DNA from: Rickettsia sp.
Lineage (GTDB): Bacteria; Pseudomonadota; Alphaproteobacteria; Rickettsiales; UBA1997
Assembly (NCBI GenBank): GCA_038131245.1
Contig: JAYPPA010000011.1
Span: 1-59,348, forward strand
DNA length: 59,348 bases
Direction: 5' to 3'
Below, piece after piece: positions 1 to 8,020 of the stretch. The position numbers and the translations under genes are program-made. The stretch's first letter is position 1, and every line of letters starts with the position of its first letter. The notes beneath the pieces are model-generated. The model had not been told where the DNA came from, did no database searches, and saw only the letters and a program-made list of their open reading frames with translations.

Positions 1-2
1 CA

Positions 3-3000
3 CAAGAGAATATTAATATTATTGCTAGTAATGTGACAAGTAGTGGTGGGGATATAAGTTTAATTGCTAAAGAAAAAATTAACATTTTAAGTGGGCAAGA
101 CATAGTAGAGATTTCTTCTCAATCTTCTAAATCTGGTCTTACCACAAGCTCGCAAGGCGCAAGATTTACTAGAAGCATAGATCAAGTGAAATCAAATATT
201 ATTGCTAATAACGATATTACCCTGACGAGTGGCAGCGATTTGACTATTGTGGCTTCGAATATTAAGGCACTAGGATCTGGGAACCTAACTGCTGGGAAAT
301 ACCTTGAAAATGGCAATGAGATTTACGATGCGGATGCTAAAATAAGAATAGCTAGCGCAAAAGATACCGATTATTTTTACGAAAAAGCATCGAAACAGAG
401 TGTGGATTTTGATTTGGTGGATTTTGCATTGGCAGCGGCCGTTACTGGAGGGAATCTTTATGTAGCGACGGCTTATGCGGCTGAATTCACGGCTAATACT
501 AGTGTGAATGAAAACTATCAGGAGAAAATTGTATCCTCTGATTTGGTTTTTGGTGAGGATTTGACGATTAATTCGGCGTCGGATACTAGCGTTACTGCTT
601 CGAATTTAACTTCTGGTTACGATTACCTGACTAAACAGCAATCAACTTCAGGTGGGGATATTGACATCACGGCTGGCAGGATGGATATTACGCAAAATGG
701 TGTTACTAGTACTAGGGTTAGTGATGAGGCTGGAGTCAATATTGTTTCTGATCAAGAGATGTCATTTAGTAGGTCAGAAAGACAAAGAACTGAAGTGCAA
801 CTTGCAAATTTAGACTATCACGATGGAAAAATTACCATTGGTGAATTTGATCTCAACTCAAATAAAAATTACCAACAAAAACAAATAGCTAGCAATATTA
901 ATAGCTATGGATCGATTAACATTCAGTCGGAAAACGACTTAAAAATAAAATCTTCAAATCTCACAACAACAAACAACTCAATAAGTGATAATTTCGACAC
1001 TAATTTAACTTCCAATCAAGGTAATGTTGAGATTTTATCGAGCTATGATAAGAATAAAAATATTAACAGGTCTTTAGCTGCTGATATTTTTCTTGGTGCA
1101 GAATCTAACTCTTCAACTTTAGCGGTAATGGCTGGAATTGAAGGCTCTATGGAAACTTTAAGATCTGAATCTGGTACGGTAGTCAATAGCGATATTGACT
1201 CTTATGGATCTGTTAATATCAATTCTGGCGCAAATGTTGCTGATGCAAAAAATAACATGGATAAAGGTAATATCAATGTAAACTCTTCAAATATTGTTTC
1301 AAGAAATAATGACATTACATTAACGGCAGCAAACTCAGTGAACTTTACGAATTCAGCAAATTACGAAGAGACCTCGAGAGAAAGTGCCGAGATGTCCGTG
1401 GATGCTAGATTGGAAATCACTTCAAACCTTAAAGAAACCTTAAAAAGCATTGAAGATTTAAAGGATGTTGATTACGGAAATCTCGTAACAACAGTTGCTA
1501 GCGATGAAAATCCAATTTACCTACTAATGACAGGTAACAATATGGACGAAGCCTTGGCTGGCAATGAGGAAGGGGTCAATGACTTATCAACGGTTGCCAA
1601 TGCCGGCAAAGGAGCTAATGCCAGAGTTGGATTATTGGTTCATGGGGAATTTGAGCAGAATCGCAAAATGACAAGATCAGACCAAGACATCATGAACAAT
1701 GTTATTGCTGACAATGACATAAATTTAACGGCTGGAGATAGCTGGAGTGGAAGCGAAGCACAGCTTGCCATTGCCAACAATGAACAAACTGCTGATATCA
1801 ACGCAAGAGGGGTAAATATTGCCGCAAATAATAATATTAACTTAAATGCTAACAAGGGAGATCTAAATATCCTAACAGCAAACAATAGCTCAAGCTACAA
1901 AGAGTCAAATATGTTTTTAAGTGGAAGTATTGCCATTGCCGGCTCTGGAACTGGATTTAATATCGCCAATAGCGAATCAGAATCAACAACTCTAAACCAT
2001 CAAAACTCCAGAATTAAGGCTGGAAATAACTTAGTTACCAACTCTAGAAATGATACAAATGTAATATCCTCTAATTTAATAGCTCAAGATATTGACATGG
2101 TAGTTGGCAACGATTTAAATCTCGCTTCAAAACAGAATAGAGCAAAATCAAATAGCCTTGGCTTTAACTTAGGCGGAACCTCCTCTAATGGTGGTCAAGG
2201 CAGTCAGGCCTTTGGAGTAAGTCATGGAAACTCTTCAAGAGTTTGGGTGGACAATCAAGCAAGCATTGTTGCAACCAACACGACCACAATAAATACTAAA
2301 AATAACACCGACATCAAAGGTGCAATGATTGCCACCATCTCAAATTATGTTGACGAAAATGGCGCTGTTAACAATGATCAAAATTCCTGGGTAGATAATG
2401 GAAATTTAGCAATGAATACGGGCACCCTTACCTATTCCCACCTTTATGACAAAGATAAGGCGAGAAATTTTGCACTTGGGGCAAGCAATAGCGGCAGAGG
2501 CGGAAGTAGCTCTGGTCCATCACAAGGAAGCGCTCAAATCAATACAAATTACTCAATGCATGACAAAGAACAAAACACCCATGCGACAATTGGCTCTGGA
2601 AATGTTAATGTTGGAAGTGTGGTCGCCCTTAATCAAGACGATAATAGCCTTCAATCAACAAATAATGATGGCTCTCGGTCAATTGAGCAATATTTGGCTA
2701 GCGTTTCCACAGATGACTCAGAAATTTTAAACAGAAATGTCAATGAGGCGCAAATTGTTACAAAGGACTTTTCTGTTGAATCAGTTTCTGTCGCTTATGT
2801 TCACGATTATGGAGAGCGCGAAGAAATGAAAGAGAAAAATGAAGAAAAAAGCTCTCAAGATAGAAATCCTGCTAAAGATAAAGGCGGTAAAGGTAAATCT
2901 GGCAACAAAGACAAATCTTTATTGCAAGAAGCTGGCGATATGCTTCTTGCAAGCAGATTCAACCCACTAAATGCAGTCATGCAGGCCGCAGGTGGCATAA

Positions 3001-4298
3001 CATCAGATGTAAGATTAATAGCCAAAGACCTTGACATTAAACCTACTGCGGTTAATATTGGTAAAGAGTTTGAGACTTTTACCACTGAACTTAGTGACAA
3101 AACTCAACTTGACGAGTTTAACGAGCAACTTGCTCAAAATAAGAACAGGACCCCTGATGAAAAGTTAATCCCAATGTCTATCAGGGGTGAAAAAGGAGAA
3201 GAATTTATTATTATGGTCGACAGAAATGAATATCAACAAATTGATACTCACCTAAATGGCAACAAAGATACTGGCGACGGCTTCCTGGCTTCACTTGGGA
3301 ACTCGGTTTTGGGTGTATTTAGATCTGATGAGGGTGGTAAAGATGCGAGCCAGGCTGCTAATGCCCCTACTTCAAAAGATCCAAATCAAGAAGTGGCGCA
3401 AAGCATTGTAGACTCAAAAAAGAAATATTACACAACCTCAAATAGTTACACAAGAGATCAAATAGCACAAGATCCGAGTGTGCTATCAAATTTACTAAGC
3501 TCCAACGGAATTAATAATACAAGGCAAGAAGCCAATAAAAACGCATTGACACAACTTGGTGGATTTGACAAAGATGGAAGGGTTACTGTGCTTTACGATC
3601 CGACGGATATTCCAGATAACCCGGATGCAACAAAACTTGAAAGCTTTACTGGCTTTCTAACCGACGCAGCAGAGGTTGGAGTCAATTACTTTGGGGCTGG
3701 GGTATTGGTGACTACAAACCAGCAAAAAACTGCTGAAATTGTTGACATTAAAACCAATCAGGTTAAAAATGACAATATCTTAAATGGTACCAATGATGTT
3801 GTAACTCTATCCGGACATAGCGCCGGCGGTAGAAGAAACTACATAGGTCTAGTTAATACAAATGAGGGGCAATATTCTTACTTGAATCCAAATAGTAATA
3901 AACAAGAATCAGTCTTGCAGGTAATTAATTATGGTACTCCGGCTAATGACATTGATTTAGAATATAGTGCTAATAGAGCTGGGGCAACATATTTAGGCCA
4001 TGTCAGAAATGATGGAGACTTTGTATCTGATATTTTAGGTGGTAATGGTAGTGTAGTTGACTTTGCGATGGGCGCTGGTGGGGCTTTTGTACTGGGGAGT
4101 CCTGGAATTATGCCAAACTTTGATTATGGTGATGATGTTAGGGGGTATGAGGAAATTAAATCTGCATCCATCAAATCAGGTAAAGGCATTCCTCCGGTTG
4201 TGCCACCAAAAGAATCTAATACAATCTTCAGTCCACATGGACAATATAATAGAAGTCCAAGTAACGAGAATTACTACATGGATCAACAAAATAATTAA
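3..4298 (+). CDS. Filamentous haemagglutinin/CdiA-like exoprotein (5'-truncated by the window) with C-terminal alpha/beta-hydrolase-like domain
   Basis: Frame is open from position 3 (QENINIIASNV...), so the GTG at 33 is not the real start. Repeated haemagglutinin-2-type motifs (SGSDLTIVASNIKA, SASDTSVTASNLTS, SENDLKIKSSNLT, SRNDTNVISSNLIA); N/S/G-rich. C-terminus has NGINN, SGHSAGG, YGTPA, NDGDFV and PHGQY. Confidence 0.85.
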   Translation, partial: QENINIIASNVTSSGGDISLIAKEKINILSGQDIVEISSQSSKSGLTTSSQGARFTRSIDQVKSNIIANNDITLTSGSDLTIVASNIKALGSGNLTAGKYLENGNEIYDADAKIRIASAKDTDYFYEKASKQSVDFDLVDFALAAAVTGGNLYVATAYAAEFTANTSVNENYQEKIVSSDLVFGEDLTINSASDTSVTASNLTSGYDYLTKQQSTSGGDIDITAGRMDITQNGVTSTRVSDEAGVNIVSDQEMSFSRSERQRTEVQLANLDYHDGKITIGEFDLNSNKNYQQKQIASNINSYGSINIQSENDLKIKSSNLTTTNNSISDNFDTNLTSNQGNVEILSSYDKNKNINRSLAADIFLGAESNSSTLAVMAGIEGSMETLRSESGTVVNSDIDSYGSVNINSGANVADAKNNMDKGNINVNSSNIVSRNNDITLTAANSVNFTNSANYEETSRESAEMSVDARLEITSNLKETLKSIEDLKDVDYGNLVTTVASDENPIYLLMTGNNMDEALAGNEEGVNDLSTVANAGKGANARVGLLVHGEFEQNRKMTRSDQDIMNNVIADNDINLTAGDSWSGSEAQLAIANNEQTADINARGVNIAANNNINLNANKGDLNILTANNSSSYKESNMFLSGSIAIAGSGTGFNIANSESESTTLNHQNSRIKAGNNLVTNSRNDTNVISSNLIAQDIDMVVGNDLNLASKQNRAKSNSLGFNLGGTSSNGGQGSQAFGVSHGNSSRVWVDNQASIVATNTTTINTKNNTDIKGAMIATISNYVDENGAVNNDQNSWVDNGNLAMNTGTLTYSHLYDKDKARNFALGASNSGRGGSSSGPSQGSAQINTNYSMHDKEQNTHATIGSGNVNVGSVVALNQDDNSLQSTNNDGSRSIEQYLASVSTDDSEILNRNVNEAQIVTKDFSVESVSVAYVHDYGEREEMKEKNEEKSSQDRNPAKDKGGKGKSGNKDKSLLQEAGDMLLASRFNPLNAVMQAAGGITSDVRLIAKDLDIKPTAVNIGKEFETFTTELSDKTQLDEFNEQLAQNKNRTPDEKLIPMSIRGEKGEEFIIMVDRNEYQQIDTHLNGNKDTGDGFLASLGNSVLGVFRSDEGGKDASQAANAPTSKDPNQEVAQSIVDSKKKYYTTSNSYTRDQIAQDPSVLSNLLSSNGINNTRQEANKNALTQLGGFDKDGRVTVLYDPTDIPDNPDATKLESFTGFLTDAAEVGVNYFGAGVLVTTNQQKTAEIVDIKTNQVKNDNILNGTNDVVTLSGHSAGGRRNYIGLVNTNEGQYSYLNPNSNKQESVLQVINYGTPANDIDLEYSANRAGATYLGHVRNDGDFVSDILGGNGSVVDFAMGAGGAFVLGSPGIMPNFDYGDDVRGYEEIKSASIKSGKGIPPVVPPKESNTIFSPHGQYNRSPSNENYYMDQQNN

Positions 4299-4312
4299 AG
4301 TAAACAAATTAC

Positions 4313-5020
4313 ATGTATTTATTAAAAAAATTATCAATTACCATATTTTTACTCTTTATTATAAGTTGTTCAGGCATTGAATCACATCAAGTTAAACTTG
4401 AGGATTTTAACAAGCCGACCGAAGAACAGATTAAAAAGATAGACTTACAGTATAATAATGCACATTTTATGGAATACCAATATGATAATTATAAAGTAAA
4501 GCATAAAAAACCTAAATCAAAAAATCCCCCAAAATGTCTTGTGAATTCACTTGTTGGCGATACCAACAAACTTCTAACCTGCCCACTGCCAACTAATTTA
4601 ATAGCACCCATTACATTATATATAATACCTTATTATTGCGCCGCACACTATACAGCTGACGCAGGATTGTTATTCAAAACCAATAAAATAGATTCAGAGG
4701 GTGATCCAGTCTACGAAGTTGTAAAAGAGTTCGAGCTAAAAGACAAGGTTCATGAGTTGTGGAGTTCATTATGGATGCTAAACCCATTTGCTTGGGATGA
4801 ACCAACGCCAAAAGTCGCGAAGTCGCGAACTCATCACAGAATATCTGAGGCAATGGTAAGGCAAGTAATTAACGAAGCTTTAAGCCGCAAAGAATGCTAT
4901 ATTGATGAGAAAGACTATTACAAATATATCGCCAAAAAGCAACAACAAGAAAAAGAAGAGCTAGAAAAAAAGCAAAAAGAGGAAGAGGAAAGAAGAAAAA
5001 ATAGCTGGTGGAGGTTTTAA
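4313..5020 (+). CDS. Predicted lipoprotein, candidate immunity protein
   Basis: Basic-hydrophobic signal peptide ending IIS-C (lipobox); starts 14 bp after the exoprotein stop. Immunity role is inferred from position only. Confidence 0.7.
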   Translation: MYLLKKLSITIFLLFIISCSGIESHQVKLEDFNKPTEEQIKKIDLQYNNAHFMEYQYDNYKVKHKKPKSKNPPKCLVNSLVGDTNKLLTCPLPTNLIAPITLYIIPYYCAAHYTADAGLLFKTNKIDSEGDPVYEVVKEFELKDKVHELWSSLWMLNPFAWDEPTPKVAKSRTHHRISEAMVRQVINEALSRKECYIDEKDYYKYIAKKQQQEKEELEKKQKEEEERRKNSWWRF

Positions 5021-5334
5021 TTTAATAAAATGCAGATATGTTGTAAACTCAAACAAATACAAGTAAACATACACACCAAAACTCAAAGAACTAAAATAAG
5101 AAAGAGCACAACGCAAAAGCAGCCACCATCAAAAAAGTATCAACCTAAGATCGCACCATATTTAACAACACTTTATTTAAAAAAACCATTAGGCAAAAAA
5201 CACACCCAATTATATCATATCATGTCAAATTTAATTTTGCAAGAGGTTCTGTAAAAAATTACAGCAAATCAAATTACAACTTTACAAAATAAAAAATACT
5301 GATATAATATAAAAGTAACTAAAAACAAAAATTT

Positions 5335-6192
5335 ATGCTAAAAATAAAAGAATTTTTTGATCAGAAAACCAACTCTCTAAGCTATGTTTTAGATGATTCT
5401 GGCCAATGCATCATTATCGATTCATTATTAAATTACGATCAATTTTCAGGTAAAATATCTCACGAAGCAGCCGATGAAATCATAAAATATATCCAAAAAA
5501 ATGATTTTGAGCTAGTTTACATTATGGAAACCCATATTCACGCCGATCATTTAACTGGCAATGACTACATTAAGCAAAAAGCAAAGGAACTCGGCTTTGG
5601 CAAAAATGCCAAATCGGTAATCGGAGAAAATGTCACTAAAGTCACTAAATATTGGGGAAAAGTCTTTGAATTTGAAGAAAAATCACTGCAAAATGCCTCT
5701 GATTTTGATATTTTAGCAAAAGAAGGTCAAAAACTAAAATTTGGTGAAGTGCAAATCGAGGTTATTTCAACACCTGGCCATACGCCGTGCTGCGTATGTT
5801 ACAAAATTGAAGATAATCTTTTTGTTGGCGATGTGATGTTTATGCCAGATGTTGGCACGGCGCGCTGTGATTTTCCGGGCGGAAGCGCTGAAGATTCATA
5901 TCATTCGATACAAAAAATTTATGCATTAAACGATAGTGTTAGAGTTTACCCAGCCCATGACTATCCGCCAGAAAACAGAGGATTAATGACAAATTGTTCA
6001 ATTTTAGAGCAAAAACAGAAAAATAAGATGATCAAAGGCGATACTAAATTTGAGGAATTCTATGAAGCAAGAACTAAGCGAGACAAGGTTTTGGATGTAC
6101 CAAAGTTACTTTACCCATCATTGCAGATAAATATTTTTGCCGGAAAAATTAAAGGCAAAAAATTCATGAAAATTCCAATTAAAATTAATTAA
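5335..6192 (+). CDS. MBL-fold metallo-hydrolase, persulfide dioxygenase (ETHE1/Blh-like)
   Basis: ETHIHADH, TPGHT, GDVMF, GTARCDFPGG, PAHDY and LYPSLQINI motifs. Confidence 0.85.
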   Translation: MLKIKEFFDQKTNSLSYVLDDSGQCIIIDSLLNYDQFSGKISHEAADEIIKYIQKNDFELVYIMETHIHADHLTGNDYIKQKAKELGFGKNAKSVIGENVTKVTKYWGKVFEFEEKSLQNASDFDILAKEGQKLKFGEVQIEVISTPGHTPCCVCYKIEDNLFVGDVMFMPDVGTARCDFPGGSAEDSYHSIQKIYALNDSVRVYPAHDYPPENRGLMTNCSILEQKQKNKMIKGDTKFEEFYEARTKRDKVLDVPKLLYPSLQINIFAGKIKGKKFMKIPIKIN

Positions 6193-7842
6193 AGACCAGC
6201 ATTTCTATCATGTGCAGCCTTTCTTCTAAAGACCTGCTCTACTTTTGGATCTTTGGGCTTTGCTTGCGGCTCTAGATCTGATTTTAGCGCTTGAGTCGAA
6301 ACTTCTTCTTGTGATAAAACATCCCTTGATCTTTGTTTCAACGCATCTAAGCCTTTTTCTGTCAAAGGAAGAAGATGTGAAAATTCACATGACGGTATCA
6401 AATCTAAAAAACCTTCATCCTTTGGTATCCATATTGATACTGAATCCCCATCCCTTTCTTCTTTAATTATATTATCTCTTATTACTTTAGGCAAATCTTG
6501 CACCAAAGTATTTAAGTTGGCAATTAATATCGATTCATCCCCTACAAATACATTAGGAGACTCATATCCTGACAAAAAACTTTCTGGATATTGTTGCGTT
6601 CTTAAAGCAGCTTCTGTTAATTCAAACTCCTCCTTGTGTCTTTTAACAATATAAGAATCAGAGCCATAAACTAAAGACATTGTATCTATCATGAATTGTC
6701 TTATTTCTTGATACTCAGTGGTTTGTATATACTCCCTCAAAGGGGCAAGAGCTTCATTTACAGCCTCAAGAACCTTTGGATCTTTTAATTTTGACATAAC
6801 TAAAGCTTTCAAAGCCTCTTTACCCTCAGGTCCTTTAGCTGCAATTTCCCAAGGCATAATATATGGCAATACAGCCTTAATTATAGGCTCTTCAAGATTT
6901 GAAAAAGTAGCGCAGTTCAGGTCTAAAAATCTAGGCAAACCATCTCTGCCTTTAAAAAAAACATTTTGCGGAGAATTAATATCACAAATACCATAAAGAG
7001 TAAACTTGTCAATAATAGGGTACTTACCACCTACCAAGGAAAGCATACTATCAAAATATTCCATTTCTTCTATTTCCTTTGCATTAAGCCGAGTTATAGC
7101 ATTTTCATCATCTGAAAATCCAGGGATTTCACGCACCCCTCTTTGACATAGTCTCTAATTGATTTAAAACCAGGATCTTCCTGTCTTCTTGAGCCGATAG
7201 TTACTAAGCCAAATGAATCTCTAAATCCTGCCATTTCTACAATTGGTACATCTTTATTTACAGGGTAAAATTTAGCCACAGCCTGATTAGCGATCCAAGA
7301 TGTGACCCCATGTATAACTTGCCAATACCCCCTTTTAAATATCGGCCCTTCTGAATTCAATATCTTAGCAATTCTTGGTCCTAAAATATTTGGAGACTCT
7401 AACAAGGTTGATAATTGCAAGGCAAATTCTGAAACATTTAATAATTCATGATCACCAGTTCTTGAAGACGGGGGCAGTCTTTTGCCAGACCTAGCACGCC
7501 GCCATGGAGGAACATCAACAACAGCAGTCGAAGCTGCCGCAGAAGCACAGGCCAATAAAGAAGCAGCCAAAATTCCTCCACCTCTTTTTCGTCCAACAAC
7601 TTGTCCAGCAGAAGTTGAGCCAGTTCTTTGACCTGCTGGGGCTGATATGCAAACTTTGATTTATTGCCACGAGATCCGCGCGCTGAATCCCTCCCATCAG
7701 AATCTCTAGCATGATTTGCAACAGAAAAATCACCAACATGAACATTTGGTCTTGACAACTTAGTTTTTCCTACTTTATCTCTAACAAAACCAGAAACTGA
7801 TTTTTGATTTGTACGCTTATTGCAACGATCCCCTCTTGGCAT
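6189..7842 (-). pseudogene. Orphan gene split into three frames by two apparent single-base losses (about 551 aa if repaired); pseudogene or sequencing error
   Basis: ATG at 7842 with an AGGTG SD and a perfect promoter. ORFs 7438..7896, 7094..7570 and 6189..7136 overlap head to tail, and each joins the next by adding one base; homopolymers lie at the junctions. Confidence 0.6.
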
Positions 7843-7884
7843 TTCACCTGCTAAATAAATTAAATTATTTACCTTACTATTATA

Positions 7885-7913
7885 ATTATACCACATTTTT
7901 GATCACCTGTCAA
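7885..7913 (-). promoter_or_regulatory. Sigma70 promoter of the split orphan gene
   Basis: TTGACA-17 bp-TATAAT with extended TG on the minus strand. Confidence 0.75.
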
Positions 7914-8020
7914 GATAAATCGGAAAAAATCGTATTTTTCATAAACAAATCGACTTTTTACTGGATTTATAATTGCTAAAATGTTAATATTTTAAGGTAA
8001 AATCAATAAACTTAACAAAA

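Noticed and set aside
5203-5230. dif-like site (TCATGTCAAAT resembles the XerD arm TTATGTTAAAT), also at 29293-29320
   Set aside because: The XerC arm and the inner ATAA/TTAT symmetry are missing, and the shared sequence extends beyond 28 bp; a promoter explains it better.
5030-5254. 74-aa plus-strand ORF
   Set aside because: No SD, low-complexity K/Q/T content explained by the A/C-rich strand, and it runs across the duplicated promoter cassette.
7843-7896. N-terminal extension of ORF 7438..7896
   Set aside because: The called start lies inside the promoter itself; ATG 7842 has the SD.
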